The notes beneath the pieces are model-generated. The model saw only the letters and a list, made by a program, of their open reading frames with translations. It did not search any database and was not told the origin of the DNA. A program made the translations under genes and the position numbers. Of a stretch of DNA of 64,000 bases, positions 20,114 through 33,993 are shown in pieces. Position 1 is the stretch's first letter. The number at the start of each line of letters is the position of its first letter. The stretch comes from an uncultured Actinomycetota bacterium (lineage in GTDB: Bacteria; Actinomycetota; Actinomycetes; JAHEKZ01): contig CAVQYR010000001.1 of assembly GCA_963718235.1 (NCBI GenBank), positions 864,001 to 928,000 of the forward strand, read 5' to 3'.

Positions 20114-21532
20114 GTGACTGGTGACCTCTCCGCCGACGACGGCGTGCCCCCGGCTTTCTCGACCGCATCGTTCTCGACCGCATCGTTCAAGGCCTACGAC
20201 ATCCGTGGTCTGGTTCCCGACGACATCAACCCGGCGCTGGCCGCTGCCGTGGGCTCGGCCTTCGTCTCGGTCCTCGCGAAGGAGGGCCCGGTTCCCGGTG
20301 TCGTGGTCGGCTACGACATGCGACCGTCCTCGCCTGAGCTGGCGGAGGCGTTCGGCCGCGGTGCCGCGTCGCACGGCGTCGACGTGACGATCATCGGTCT
20401 GGCCAGCACCGACGAGCTGTACTTCGCCTCGGGGCTGCTCGGGCTCCCTGGTGCGATGTTCACCGCCAGCCACAACCCGGCCCAGTACAACGGCATCAAG
20501 CTGTGCCGGGCCGGGGCTGCGCCAGTGGGCCAGGAGTCGGGCCTGGCGGACATCGCCGCCCTGCTGGGAGGGGGCGCCGAGCGCGCGACCGCCGAGCGGG
20601 TGGGCGTGGTCACCCACCGCGACCTCCTTGCCGACTACAGCGCCTACCTGCACAGCCTGGTCGACCTCTCGGGGATCCGACCGCTGCGGGTCGTGGTCGA
20701 CGCGGGCAACGGCATGGCCGGTCTGACCGTCCCGGCCGTGCTGTCCGGCCTGCCGCTCACTGTGGTCCCGCTGTACTTCGAGCTCGACGGGACGTTCCCC
20801 AACCACGAGGCGAACCCGATCGAGCCGGCGAACCTGCGCGACCTGCAGGCCGCGGTGCTGGAGCACGGTGCCGATCTCGGGCTCGCCTTCGACGGCGACG
20901 CCGACCGGTGCTTCGTCGTCGACGAGCGGGGCAGCGTCGTCTCGCCGAGCGTGCTGACCGCGCTGATCGCCGCCCGCGAGCTGGACCGCGTCCCCGGGTC
21001 TGCGGTGATCCACAACCTGATCACCTCCCGCACGGTGGCCGAGGTGGTGCGCGAGCACGGCGGCACCCCCGTCCGAACCAGAGTCGGGCACTCGTTCATC
21101 AAGCAGGTCATGGCCGAGACCGGTGCGGTCTTCGGTGGTGAGCACTCCGGACACTTCTACTTCCGCGAGTTCTGGCGGGCCGACTCCGGCATGCTCGCGG
21201 CGCTGCACGTGCTGGCCGCGCTGGGCGAGCAGCCCGGCACGTTGTCGAGCCTGCTGGCCGCGTACGACCGCTACGCAGCCAGCGGCGAGGTGAACTCGAC
21301 GGTGGCCGACCAGACGGCGTCCATGCAGGCGGTCCGGTCCGCCTACGTGGGGCGTGAGGGGGTCGAGACGGACGAGCTCGACGGGCTCACCGTCTCGGCT
21401 GCCGACTGGTGGTTCAACGTGCGGCCCAGCAACACCGAACCGCTGCTGCGGCTCAACGTCGAGGCCCGCGACGAGGCGCAGATGGCGGCGGTCCGCGACG
21501 AGGTGCTGGCGCTGATCCGAGGGGCTTCCTGA
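20114..21532 (+). CDS. Phosphomannomutase/phosphoglucomutase
   Basis: FKAYDIRG, TASHNP, FDGDADR, GGEHSGH, RPSNTEP. Confidence 0.95.
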   Translation: MTGDLSADDGVPPAFSTASFSTASFKAYDIRGLVPDDINPALAAAVGSAFVSVLAKEGPVPGVVVGYDMRPSSPELAEAFGRGAASHGVDVTIIGLASTDELYFASGLLGLPGAMFTASHNPAQYNGIKLCRAGAAPVGQESGLADIAALLGGGAERATAERVGVVTHRDLLADYSAYLHSLVDLSGIRPLRVVVDAGNGMAGLTVPAVLSGLPLTVVPLYFELDGTFPNHEANPIEPANLRDLQAAVLEHGADLGLAFDGDADRCFVVDERGSVVSPSVLTALIAARELDRVPGSAVIHNLITSRTVAEVVREHGGTPVRTRVGHSFIKQVMAETGAVFGGEHSGHFYFREFWRADSGMLAALHVLAALGEQPGTLSSLLAAYDRYAASGEVNSTVADQTASMQAVRSAYVGREGVETDELDGLTVSAADWWFNVRPSNTEPLLRLNVEARDEAQMAAVRDEVLALIRGAS

Positions 21533-21738
21533 TGCCCGGTCTGGACCCGATGCTGCTCGAGGTGCTGGCGTGCCCGGTCTGCATCGCGACGGTGACCCCC
21601 CGGCCGAGCGCCGAGGACGCCACATTCCTCGTCTGCGGCACCTGCGGCCGCCGCTACCCGGTGCGTGACGGTATCCCGGTGATGCTGGTCGACGAGGCAC
21701 AAGGCGGACCCGACCGACCCGACGGGTCGACGCCGTGA
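21532..21738 (+). CDS. Trm112 family protein
   Basis: LLEVLACPVC...CGTCGRRYPVRDGIPVMLVDEA. Confidence 0.9.
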   Translation: MPGLDPMLLEVLACPVCIATVTPRPSAEDATFLVCGTCGRRYPVRDGIPVMLVDEAQGGPDRPDGSTP

Positions 21739-22841
21739 CCCAGGTCGTCGACCAGCCGTTCCTGGACGACCTCGAGGGACTGCGCGCCGGCGACCCCAGC
21801 GACATGCTGGGCGCGGTCGCCAGCGCTGGCGCGCAGGTGCGGCAGGCCCTGGCCACCTGCGACGCCGTCGGGCTCGACGCGGTCCGGGAGTTCGGACGTC
21901 CGCGGGCGGTCGTGGTGGCCGGGATGGGGGGGTCGGGGATCGCCGGCCATGTGCTGCAGGCGGCCGCGGGACCGGAGTGCCCGGTTCCCGTCGAGCGGGT
22001 CCGCGGGTGGACGCTGCCGGCCTGGGTCGGCCCCGACGACCTGGTGATCGCGGTGTCCAGCTCGGGGCGCACCGCCGAGACCGCTGCCTGCACCAGCGAG
22101 GCGTTGACCCGCGGCGCCCGGGTGATCGTGGTCGCCGCCGACGGGTCGCCGCTGGTCGACCAGGCAAGGGCGGCCGGCGTCCCGTGGGTGCCCGTCCCCT
22201 CCGGGCGGCCGCCCAGGGCCAACCTGTGGGCCCTGTCGGTCCCGCTGCTGGTGGCCGCCGACGCCGTCGGGATCGTCGACGCGCCGTGGGAGGAGCTCGC
22301 GGCCGTGGCCGACCTGCTCGACGGCGTGGCGGGTCGTTGTTCCCCCACCGTGTCGCGGACGACGAACCCGGCCAAGCTGCTGGCCGAGGAGCTGTCCGGG
22401 ACGCTGCCGATGATCTGGGGCAGCAGCGACCTCGCCGGGATCGCGGCGTACCGGCTGCTGTGCCAGCTCGCCGAGAACGCGAAGTACCCGTCGGTGAACG
22501 GCGTGCTGCCCGAGGCCCTGCACAACCAGGTCGTCACCTTCGACGGCCGCTGGGTCGGCGCCGACGCGTCCACGCCGTTGCGCCTGGTCCTGCTGCGCGA
22601 CACCGTCGAGCACCCCAACGTGACGACGTCGGCCCTCGCGGCCCAGGAGCTCGCCGTCACCGACGGCGTTCCGGTGAGCACCGTCGTGGCCGTCGGTCGG
22701 CACCCACTGCAGCGGATGGCCAGCCTGGTGGCGGTGGGGGACTTCGCCAGCGTGTACCTGGGGCTCCTGCAGCAGCTCGACCCGACACCGATCGCGCCGA
22801 TCGAGGCTCTCAAGGCCCGGCTGGCGGCGCACCCCGGATGA
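21735..22841 (+). CDS. SIS-domain bifunctional phosphoglucose/phosphomannose isomerase-like protein
   Basis: [44 protein letters not shown]. Confidence 0.85.
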   Translation: MTQVVDQPFLDDLEGLRAGDPSDMLGAVASAGAQVRQALATCDAVGLDAVREFGRPRAVVVAGMGGSGIAGHVLQAAAGPECPVPVERVRGWTLPAWVGPDDLVIAVSSSGRTAETAACTSEALTRGARVIVVAADGSPLVDQARAAGVPWVPVPSGRPPRANLWALSVPLLVAADAVGIVDAPWEELAAVADLLDGVAGRCSPTVSRTTNPAKLLAEELSGTLPMIWGSSDLAGIAAYRLLCQLAENAKYPSVNGVLPEALHNQVVTFDGRWVGADASTPLRLVLLRDTVEHPNVTTSALAAQELAVTDGVPVSTVVAVGRHPLQRMASLVAVGDFASVYLGLLQQLDPTPIAPIEALKARLAAHPG

Positions 22842-23808
22842 GCGCCGAGGGAGGGACCCGGGCGATCATCGCCGCCCTGCTGGCAAACCTCGGGATCGCG
22901 GTCACCAAGTTCGTCGCCTACCTGGTCAGCGGGTCCTCGTCGATGCTCGCCGAGTCGATCCACTCCCTGGCCGACTCGGGCAACCAGGTGCTCCTGCTCG
23001 TCGGTGGTCGACGCGCCCGCCGGGTCGCCACTCCGTTGCACCCGTTCGGCTACGGCCGGGAGCGGTACGTCTACGCGTTCATCGTGTCGATCGTGCTGTT
23101 CAGCGTCGGCGGCCTGTTCTCGGTGTACGAGGGCGTCCACAAGATCCAGCACCCCGAGCCCATCCGCGACGCGTGGCTTCCGCTCACGGTGCTCCTGGTC
23201 GCCATCGTGCTGGAGGGGTTCTCGCTGCGGACGGCGGTCAGGGAGTCCAACCGGGTCCGGCCGGCGGGTCAGGGGTGGGTCCAGTTCGTCCGGCGGGCCA
23301 AGGCCCCCGAGCTGCCGGTCGTGCTGCTGGAGGACACCGCGGCGCTGCTCGGGCTGGCGCTGGCACTGGTCGGCGTCGGTGCGGCTGTGGTCACTGGCGA
23401 CGGCGTGTGGGACGGCGTCGGCACGGTCATGATCGGCGTCCTGCTCGTCGTGGTCGCGGTCGTGCTCGGCATCGAGACGAAGTCGCTCCTGCTCGGCGAG
23501 GGTGCCTCCCCGGCCGATGTCGCGGCGATCGAGACCGCCCTGCCCGGCGACGGCGTCGGCCGGGTCATCCACATGAAGACCCTGTACCTCGGCCCCGACG
23601 AGCTCCTCGTGGCCGCCAAGGTGGCCGTCGACCCGAGGCACTCCGGTGCCGACATCGCCGCCGCGATCGACGCGGCGGAGGCCCGGGTGCGGGCAGCGGT
23701 GCCGCTGGCCCGGGTGATCTACCTCGAGCCGGACCTCGACCAGCTCGGCCAAGGAGCCCGGCCGACCGACGCCGGGTACCCTGGGTTCACCCTCGACCAG
23801 GAGATCCC

Positions 23809-23812
<4 letters not shown>
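22838..23812 (+). CDS. Cation diffusion facilitator transporter
   Basis: [37 protein letters not shown]. Confidence 0.92.
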
Positions 23813-25278
<1,466 letters not shown>

Positions 25279-25407
25279 CCCGCAAGCGACCGGCGAGCAT
25301 GGGGTGGAGGGTGCTCAATGGGCATTGCGGTGCTCGGAACGGGTCAGGTCGGGGAGGCCCTCGTGACTGCTCTGGTCGTCCCGGCCCGTGACTGAGCTCC
25401 CGTCGCG

Positions 25408-26136
25408 GTGAGTCGATGGGCGCGGGTCGTCGGGCCGCCCCAGGGTCGCTGGGGCCTGGGTGCGGCGGCCTTGGCCCTGCTGCCGATCCTGGTGCTGGCC
25501 GGCTGGGGCGCGTGGCTCACCGCCCAGCCCGGCTCGGCCGACGTCGACCTCGGACCGCTGGGTGCGATCGGCGCCTGGGTCGTGGTCGTCTCGGTCGTGG
25601 TGCCGTGGGTGTGGCTCGCCGGGGTGCCGATGGTCGCCTCGTACCTGCGCGGTCCCGGCTGGACCCGGGCCTACGGACTGGTCGTGTCCCGTCGGGCGCT
25701 GGTCTGGGGGCTCGGCGGAGGTGTGGTCACGTTCGTGGTCATCGCCGCCGCCGTGGTCGTGAGCGAGTGGGTCCGTGACACCGAGATCTCGGCCTCGGCG
25801 GCCGACCTCGCCCTGGACATCGCCGACTACCCGGTGGCCTTCGCGGTCTTCTTGCTGCTGATCGCCTTCGGTGCTCCGTTCGTCGAGGAGCTCGCCTTCC
25901 GTGGGCTGCTCTGGGGGGCCATCGTCAAGCACGGCTGGTCCCCGTGGGTCGCCACGGTGGTCGCCGGTGTCCTGTTCGGTGCCTTCCACGGCGAGCCCAC
26001 CCGGCTCGTCGCCTTGTCGTTGGGGGGCGTCGTGCTGGGGGTCGTGCGCCAGTTCGGCGGCCTCGGGGCGGCGATGACCGCCCACGCGGTCGTCAACCTG
26101 GTCGGTGCGCTGCAGCTGTACGCGACCACCCGCTGA
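25408..26136 (+). CDS. CPBP/Abi family intramembrane glutamic protease
   Basis: APFVEELAFRG, FGAFH, H.VVN; start position uncertain. Confidence 0.85.
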   Translation: MSRWARVVGPPQGRWGLGAAALALLPILVLAGWGAWLTAQPGSADVDLGPLGAIGAWVVVVSVVVPWVWLAGVPMVASYLRGPGWTRAYGLVVSRRALVWGLGGGVVTFVVIAAAVVVSEWVRDTEISASAADLALDIADYPVAFAVFLLLIAFGAPFVEELAFRGLLWGAIVKHGWSPWVATVVAGVLFGAFHGEPTRLVALSLGGVVLGVVRQFGGLGAAMTAHAVVNLVGALQLYATTR

Positions 26137-26169
26137 CCGGGTCGGCGGCCGGCGCGTTGCGGGCCCGGC

Positions 26170-27038
26170 TCAGCCTGGCGGGGTGAGCCCGGCCGGGGGG
26201 GCGGCGGCGTCGGGTCGACCACCGGCGGCACCGGGTCCCCCGCCGCCGGGTTCACCGGCTGCGGGCCGACGGGAGCGGCCGACAGGGCCCGTCGCCGTCG
26301 CTCGGCGACCACCGTCTGCACGTACAGCTCGGCCGGCAGCCCGGCCGGAGGTGCCGGGGTCACGACGCTTGAGAGTTCGTGGGCGAGACTGCTGGCCAGC
26401 TGATGCCGGGCCTCGGGGGTGAGCTGTCCGGCCCGGCCGAGGTACTGCCGGGCGTTCAGGGCGAGCCCGTCGGGCAGCCGGCTCAGGTCGAGCGTGGCCG
26501 CCCACCCGGCCAGCGTCGGGGGAACCGACGGCAGCACCGCGCCGGACGACGGCGCGCGCTCGCGCACGACCACGGTGCCGGCCAGGTAGTCACCGACCCG
26601 CTTGCCCTCCGCCGAGGTGAGGCTCGTGAGGATCGCGATGAAGCCGAAGAACAGGTACAGCTCGACCAGGCCCATGAGCCCCCTGACCAGCGCGTGGCGG
26701 AACCGCTCAGCCCCACCGTCGTCGCGCACGACCCGTAGGCCCAGGGCGAGCTTGCCCAGGGTCCGGCCGCGGGTCAGCGACTCGCAGGCCACCGGGTAGC
26801 CGAGGAACACGCCCAGGACGCCGACGAAGAACAGCACGTAGCCGAGGGTCGGGTCGACCGAGCCGGCCACCGAGCTGAGCAGGAAGGTGACGGCGACCAG
26901 CAGCAGCAGCTGTACGGCGAGGTCGATGAAGAAGGCGAGGGACCGGCTGGGGAGCTTGGCCAGGCGCAGCTCGACCACCACGGCGTCACCGGTGACCAGG
27001 CCGCCCCCGAAACCGCGAGTGGCGGCGTGGTCGCTCAT
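26170..27038 (-). CDS. RDD family membrane protein (probable frameshift in the G-run near 26195)
   Basis: VTGDAV, RSLAFFID, GRTLGKLALGLRVV, KRVGDYLAGT; as read, the ORF would overlap the convergent gene by about 310 nt. Confidence 0.8.
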
Positions 27039-27081
27039 GGACTCCCCTCGGGCGCTGCTGCGACGGCTAGTCTGCCCGACG

Positions 27082-28083
27082 ATGGATCTGGACGGGTTCG
27101 TGGCGCGCCACCGCGACGAGTGGGACCGGCTCGACGTGCTGGTGCGGCGTCGTCGGCTCACCGGCGCCGAGTGCGACGAGCTGATCACCGGCTACCAGCG
27201 GGTCGCCACCCAGCTGTCGACGGTGCGGGCGTCGGCCCCCGACCCGGCCCTGGTCTCCCGGCTGTCCACGCTGGTCGCGCGGGCCCGCGGGCGGGCGACC
27301 GGTTCGCACAGCCTGGTCACCACCGACGTCGCCCGGTTCTTCCTCGTGACCTTCCCGGTCACCGTCTACCGCGCCCGGTGGTGGGTCCTGGGCGCGGCGG
27401 CCGGATCCGTCCTGGTCGCCGTGGCCCTGGGGGCGTGGGTGGCCACCCACCCGGACATCCAGTCGTCGCTGGCCGCGCCCGCCGACATCAAGGCGCTGGT
27501 CGAGAACGACTTCGAGGACTACTACTCCTCGGCCCCGGCCGGGTCGTTCGCGGCCCGGGTCTGGACCAACAACGCCTGGGTGGCCGCGTTGTCGATCGCC
27601 TTCGGCGGCCTGCTCGGCCTGCCGGTGCTGTGGGTCCTCTGGCAGAACGCCTCGAACGTCGGCGTCACCGGTGGGTTCATGGCGGCCAACGACCGGCTCG
27701 ACCTGTTCTTCGGCCTGATCCTGCCGCACGGTCTGCTGGAGCTGACCGCCGTCTTCGTGGCCGCGGGCCTCGGTCTGCGACTGGGCTGGACGGTGGTCGA
27801 CCCGGGCCGCGACCGGACCCGGGCGGTCGCGTTCGGCCAGGAGGGCCGAGCCGCGATGTCGGCCGCGGTCGGCCTGGTGGTGGTCCTCCTGGTGTCCGGG
27901 GTGATCGAGGCCTTCGTGACCCCGTCCGGCCTGCCCACGGCGGCCCGGGTCGGGATCGGGGTCCTCGCCCTCGTCGGGTTCGTCGCCTACGTCGGGGTCC
28001 TGGGCCACCGCGCGGACGCTGCAGGGGAGACCGGCGACCTCGGCGTGGCCGAGGCCGGCGCGGTCGCCCCGACGTCCGGCTGA
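27082..28083 (+). CDS. SpoIIM/DUF95 family membrane protein
   Basis: MDLDGFVARH..EWDRL, VWTNNAWV, ILPHGLLELTA, IEAFVTP. Confidence 0.88.
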   Translation: MDLDGFVARHRDEWDRLDVLVRRRRLTGAECDELITGYQRVATQLSTVRASAPDPALVSRLSTLVARARGRATGSHSLVTTDVARFFLVTFPVTVYRARWWVLGAAAGSVLVAVALGAWVATHPDIQSSLAAPADIKALVENDFEDYYSSAPAGSFAARVWTNNAWVAALSIAFGGLLGLPVLWVLWQNASNVGVTGGFMAANDRLDLFFGLILPHGLLELTAVFVAAGLGLRLGWTVVDPGRDRTRAVAFGQEGRAAMSAAVGLVVVLLVSGVIEAFVTPSGLPTAARVGIGVLALVGFVAYVGVLGHRADAAGETGDLGVAEAGAVAPTSG

Positions 28084-28089
28084 CCGCGC

Positions 28090-29382
28090 TCAGAGCCGGC
28101 CGGCCGCCTTGAGGGCGAGATAGGCGTCGGCCAGCCGTGGGGCCAGCTGGTCCGGACCGGCGTCGACGACCTCGGCGCCGAGCCGGCGCAGCGACTGCTC
28201 CACCCGACGCCGTTCGGCCATGGTCTGCTCGGCCGACGCGGCCGCGTACACCGCCGACGCGTCGGACCGGTCGGCCGCCATCGCCGAGACGACCGGGTCG
28301 GAGACCGACGCCAGGAGGACCAGGTGGCGGGCGGTGAGCCGGCGCAGCACGGGCAGCAGCCCCTCCTCCACCGCGGCTGGCTCGAGCGGGCTCAGCAGCA
28401 CGACGAGCGAGCGCCGTCGCACCCGGCGCAGCACCTCGCCCACGACGCCACGCCAGTCGGTCTCGACCAGGGACGCCTCGACCGGCGCCAGCACCCGGGT
28501 CAGGGTGGGCAGCAGGGTCCCGCCCGTCTCGCCGCGCACGAAGCCCCGGATCCCCCGGTCCCACACGAGCAGCTCGACCCGGTCGCCGGCCCGCGAGGCC
28601 AGCACGGCCAGCAGCAGGGCCGCCTCGATCTGGGCGTCGAGCCGGGGCTCGTCACCGACCCGACCGGCCGAGGTGCGTCCGGCGTCGATGACCAGCACGA
28701 CGTGGCGGTCGCGCTCGGGCCGCCAGGTGCGGACCATGACGTCGTCGGCGCGCGCACTGGCCCGCCAGTCGATCGAGCGGACGTCGTCGCCCACGACGTA
28801 CTCGCGCAGGGAGTCGAACTCCGTGCCCTGGCCACGGACCTGGACCGCTGTGCGGCCGTCGAGGTCGCGCAGCCGGGCCAGCCGGCTGGGCAGGTGGGCG
28901 CGGGAGCGGAAGGGCGGCAGCACGTCCACCGTCCAGGGCGCGGCCAGCGAACGCTGTCGGCCGGCCAGCCCCAGGGGGCCGAGCGCGCGCACGGTGACCC
29001 GGTCGGCCGTCCGCGGGCCGCGCCGGGTCGGTCGCAGGTGGGTGGTGACGAACCGCCGCTGCCCGGGGGGGACGTCGACGGCGTGGCGGGAGTCGGTGAC
29101 CCCGGCCGACGGGGGCCACGCGTCACGCACGGTGCCGACCAGCCGGCGCCGGCCCGGGTTGGTGACCGCGAGCTGCACGGCGGCGGCGTCGTCCAGCCGG
29201 GTCACCCGGTCCCCTGACCGGTCCACCGTCACCACGCGCAGCGACCCGGCCAGGGCCAGGTCGACGCCGACCAGGACCGCGAGCAGCCCGTTCAGCAGCC
29301 AGAACGCCCCCCACGACGTGGCGACCAGGAGCACGCCCGCGCCGAGTGCGGCGACCAGGGCGAGGCGTCCGGTGACCACCAT
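28090..29382 (-). CDS. DUF58 (vWA-like) protein
   Basis: GQGTEFDSLREYV.GDDVRSIDWRASAR, IDAGRTS. Confidence 0.9.
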   Translation of the reverse strand: MVVTGRLALVAALGAGVLLVATSWGAFWLLNGLLAVLVGVDLALAGSLRVVTVDRSGDRVTRLDDAAAVQLAVTNPGRRRLVGTVRDAWPPSAGVTDSRHAVDVPPGQRRFVTTHLRPTRRGPRTADRVTVRALGPLGLAGRQRSLAAPWTVDVLPPFRSRAHLPSRLARLRDLDGRTAVQVRGQGTEFDSLREYVVGDDVRSIDWRASARADDVMVRTWRPERDRHVVLVIDAGRTSAGRVGDEPRLDAQIEAALLLAVLASRAGDRVELLVWDRGIRGFVRGETGGTLLPTLTRVLAPVEASLVETDWRGVVGEVLRRVRRRSLVVLLSPLEPAAVEEGLLPVLRRLTARHLVLLASVSDPVVSAMAADRSDASAVYAAASAEQTMAERRRVEQSLRRLGAEVVDAGPDQLAPRLADAYLALKAAGRL

Positions 29383-29396
29383 GGAGCGCGTCGCCG

Positions 29397-30382
<986 letters not shown>

Positions 30383-30386
<4 letters not shown>

Positions 30387-31549
30387 CGGGGTCCAACCTC
30401 CTGCTCGAGTGCGTCGAGGGCACGGGCCAGGCCGACGAGCTCGGTGTCGTCCCCTGGAGTCGGACCGTACAACAGGTGTCGCACCGACTCCGCCGGCCGA
30501 CCCGTCGCGCGCGCCACGGCCGAGACCACCCCCTGCGGGGCACTGGAAGCGGGCAGGTGGAGGGGACCCAGCAGGCGGGCCACGGTGGCCTCGCGCAGGT
30601 GGACCGACGCGACGTCCCTGGCCCGGTTGCGCTGGTAGAGCCGGGCCCGGCCCTCGGTCGTCTCGGCGGCCCGGACGACGACCGGCAGCGGCTCGACGAC
30701 GACCCGGCCGAGCCGGCGCCCCCGCCACCAGGCCAGGAGCGCCACGACCACGGCCGCCTGGGCCAGGAGCAGCCAGGTGACGTGGGGCAGGAGCGAGGTC
30801 AGCGACTGGGTGCCGTCGAGCTGCGGAGTGGGCAGCCACCACACCACGCTCGGCTGGGAGCCGATCAGGTCCAGGGCCAGGGCGGCGTTTCCGTCGTCGG
30901 CGAGCCGGTCGTTGGTGACGAAGCTGCTGCTGCCGACCACGGTGACCGCCCGGGTGGCGTCGCGCACCTGAGCGAGGGCGGCGGCGTCGCCCTCGGGGTA
31001 GCAGAGGTCACCGTCCTGGTCGGGGCCGGTCGACAGGTCGAAGCCCGTCCCGCCCAGCTCGACCTGGCCGGCCCGGAGGGCGGCCGGGAGCGCGCACACC
31101 GGCTGCCGGGGTCGCACGTCGACCTCGTCGACCACGGTGATCCCGACGAACGGCCCGGTGGCCTGCCACGGCGCTCCGAGCAGCACGACGTCGGCCGCCG
31201 CCCGGCTCAACGTGTCGAGCTGGTCGGGGGTGAGCAGCTCGGGGTAGGCCACGACCAGGGTCGACCCGGCTCCGGTCCGCAGCGCCTGGGCGGAGTCGGT
31301 TACCCGCGACACCGCGATGCCCTGGCCGCGCAGCACCTGCGCGACCGCCCGGGCGCCCCCGGGTGACGGTGAGTCGGGGTCGAGCCGGCCCTCGGCCCGG
31401 GGGGTCGCGACCCAGGCGGCCAGGAGCACGAACACCAGTGTTGCGACGCCGACCGCCAGGATGCGCAGCCGGGTCCGCCGCCCCCGTGCACCCTGGACCT
31501 CGACCGCCGAGGGGCCGGTGGGTGGCGCGGTGGTGGTGCCGGCGGTCAT
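30383..31549 (-). CDS. DUF4350 family membrane-anchored protein
   Basis: LDP.SP.P.GARA, N..LAD.GNAAL, RRLGRVVVEPLPVVVRA.ET.EG. Confidence 0.8.
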
Positions 31550-32148
31550 ACCAGCACCGCCTCGTCGAGCTGGACGAGCGCCTCGTAGACCTCGCGGTGT
31601 CCGGGGCGGCCGCCGTAGGCGACCTCGTCGAAGGCAGCCGCGCCCCGGCGCAGCCCGGACGCCAGCTCGGGGCGCAGGATCCCGGTCTCCGCTGCGGCCT
31701 CGTCGGCGGTGCGCCCGGGCCGCTCGTCGATGACGCCACGCTGTTCGAGGGTGCGCACGATCGCCCGGAACCGGTCGAGCACGGCGCCGTGGTAGTCACC
31801 AGCCGCAGCGGAGCGGGCCGAGGCCGCCCGGTAGTCGGCGGCGTCACGGACGCGTCCGACGAAGACCGGTGCGTCGCCCCCGCGGGCCCGACGCACCGAC
31901 CCCGTGCGGCGCAGAGCCACGAAGAGGACCAGGGCGAGCAGACCGACCAGGACCACCACCCAGCCGCCGTCGGCCACGCCGCTGACCAGGGTCGACAAGA
32001 TGTCGCCGAGCCGGTCGACGAACCACTCGGCGACCCGCTGCCACCACGGGGGCTGGGCCTGTGCGTACACCGGGTCGAGCAGCTCACGCTGGGCCAGCTC
32101 ACGGGCCTGCTCGGCACCCAGGTCGAGGGGCGCACCGTCCAGTCGCAC
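31546..32148 (-). CDS. DUF4129 family protein
   Basis: ARELAQRELLDPVY, RFRAIVR.LE.RG, PGRTADE, FDEVAYG. Confidence 0.8.
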   Translation of the reverse strand: MRLDGAPLDLGAEQARELAQRELLDPVYAQAQPPWWQRVAEWFVDRLGDILSTLVSGVADGGWVVVLVGLLALVLFVALRRTGSVRRARGGDAPVFVGRVRDAADYRAASARSAAAGDYHGAVLDRFRAIVRTLEQRGVIDERPGRTADEAAAETGILRPELASGLRRGAAAFDEVAYGGRPGHREVYEALVQLDEAVLV

Positions 32149-32154
32149 CGTGGG

Positions 32155-33177
32155 TCAGCCCGACGTGGAGGTGGCGCGGGCCAGCTCGAGGTCCAGCCCC
32201 TCGCGCCGCATCCGACGGTCGATGTAGGTGAGGGCGATCGCCGCGGCGATGAACGGGTACCCGATCGTGCCCGCGATGACCGAGCCGATGCCCGACAGCG
32301 CCTGGCCGACGACGAACGCGACCTCGTTGACCGAGCCCGACTGGTCGACCGGGGGCACGACGACCGACACGATGCTGAACGGGATCGACACGGCGGTCGT
32401 GATCACGCCGTAGATGACCCAGACGAGAACCAGGATCCACAGCGTGCGCCAGAAGGCGCTGCCGACCAAGGACCAGGATCGGGAGATCGCCTGGGTCACG
32501 CTGGTCCGCTCGAGCACCAGGACTGCGGCGGCGAGCGAGAAGAACACGGCCAGCACCAGCCCGGGCAGGACGCAGAACAACAGCCCCACGACGACGGCCA
32601 GGGTGATCAGCAGCGCCAGGCCGATCAGTCTCCAGGCGAGGGGGCGTACCCGGTCCCACGCCTCACCGATCGACAGGTCGCGCCCGAGCACCGCCTGTCC
32701 GACCACCGCGGTGAGCATGCCGGTGAGCAGCACCACGCCGACGAACTGCAGCAGCAGGGCCACCAGCGACCCGACCAGGGTCGGGACGAGGGCCGTCGCG
32801 AGGTCGCCCCCGTCGACGGTCTGGGGGTCGAGGTTCTCCAGGGAGGACAGCGAGCCCAGGCTCAGCAGCGACAGCAGGAACCCGACCACGGCCAGGACGG
32901 CCGAGACGGCGAAGGCCAGGCCGAGCATCGGCCGCCAGTACTGGCGGATCGTGGTGATCGAGCCGTCGAGGATCTCCAGGACCGACAGGGGTCGAAGCGG
33001 GACCACCCCCGGCTTGGGTGCGGGCGGCTGCTCGCCCCAGCCCGGTGGCGGCTGCCAGGCCGGCGCCCCGTAGGGCGGCGGCTGCGCGGTCGACCAGCCC
33101 GGGGGGGCCGGCGGCGGTGGCGGTGCGGCGGCCGGCTCACCCGGCGGGACGACGGGCTGGTCCGGCTGGTCGGTCAT
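32155..33177 (-). CDS. Integral membrane protein with Pro-rich N-terminus (MoxR-cluster)
   Basis: KPGVVPLRPL...ILDG, RSW.LV...FWR, YIDRRMRREGLD. Confidence 0.78.
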   Translation of the reverse strand: MTDQPDQPVVPPGEPAAAPPPPPAPPGWSTAQPPPYGAPAWQPPPGWGEQPPAPKPGVVPLRPLSVLEILDGSITTIRQYWRPMLGLAFAVSAVLAVVGFLLSLLSLGSLSSLENLDPQTVDGGDLATALVPTLVGSLVALLLQFVGVVLLTGMLTAVVGQAVLGRDLSIGEAWDRVRPLAWRLIGLALLITLAVVVGLLFCVLPGLVLAVFFSLAAAVLVLERTSVTQAISRSWSLVGSAFWRTLWILVLVWVIYGVITTAVSIPFSIVSVVVPPVDQSGSVNEVAFVVGQALSGIGSVIAGTIGYPFIAAAIALTYIDRRMRREGLDLELARATSTSG

Positions 33178-33292
33178 CGAGTCCCTCCGCTGGTGGCCTG
33201 GCGTCGTCATCGTGCCACGCCCGGGGGCTGCGTCCGGCCGCCCGGGCGCAGCCCTGGCCCGCGGCGGGTCGTGAGGATGCGACCATGGGCAC

Positions 33293-33970
33293 ATGAGGGG
33301 TCGAGTTCTGGTCGTCGACGACGACACCGCGCTGGCCGAGATGCTCGGCATCGTGCTTCGGGGCGAGGGGTTCGAGCCGGTGCTGTGCGCCGACGGTGAG
33401 CGCGCACTGGGCCTGTTCCGGGAGTCGCGTCCCGATCTGGTGCTGCTCGACCTGATGCTGCCGGGCAAGGACGGCATCGAGGTGTGCCGCGAGATCCGGC
33501 TGGAGTCCGGGGTGCCCATCGTCATGCTCACCGCCAAGAGCGACACGGTCGACATCGTGCTCGGGCTGGAGTCCGGTGCCGACGACTACATCGTCAAGCC
33601 CTTCAAGCCCAAGGAGCTGGTCGCCCGGATCCGCACCCGGCTGCGCCGTACCGACGAGGCGCGCCCGGAGTCGCTGACGATCGGGGACCTCGACATCGAC
33701 GTCGCCGGTCACACCGTCAAGCGCGACGGTGCGCCGATCTCCCTGACCCCGCTGGAGTTCGACCTGTTGGTGGCCTTGGCGCGCAAACCGTGGCAGGTGT
33801 TCAGCCGCGAGGTGCTGCTCGAGCAGGTCTGGGGCTACCGGCACGCCGCGGACACCCGCCTCGTCAACGTGCACGTCCAGCGGCTGCGCTCCAAGATCGA
33901 GCGGGACCCGGAGAACCCGGAGATCGTCGTCACCGTCCGCGGCGTCGGCTACAAGGCCGGACCGGCCTGA
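33293..33970 (+). CDS. mtrA: Response regulator MtrA
   Basis: VVDDDTALAEMLGIVLRGEGF, VWGYRHAADTRLVNVHVQRLRSKIE. Confidence 0.97.
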   Translation: MRGRVLVVDDDTALAEMLGIVLRGEGFEPVLCADGERALGLFRESRPDLVLLDLMLPGKDGIEVCREIRLESGVPIVMLTAKSDTVDIVLGLESGADDYIVKPFKPKELVARIRTRLRRTDEARPESLTIGDLDIDVAGHTVKRDGAPISLTPLEFDLLVALARKPWQVFSREVLLEQVWGYRHAADTRLVNVHVQRLRSKIERDPENPEIVVTVRGVGYKAGPA

Positions 33971-33993
33971 CCGCGCGGTTGGGCCGGGCGACC

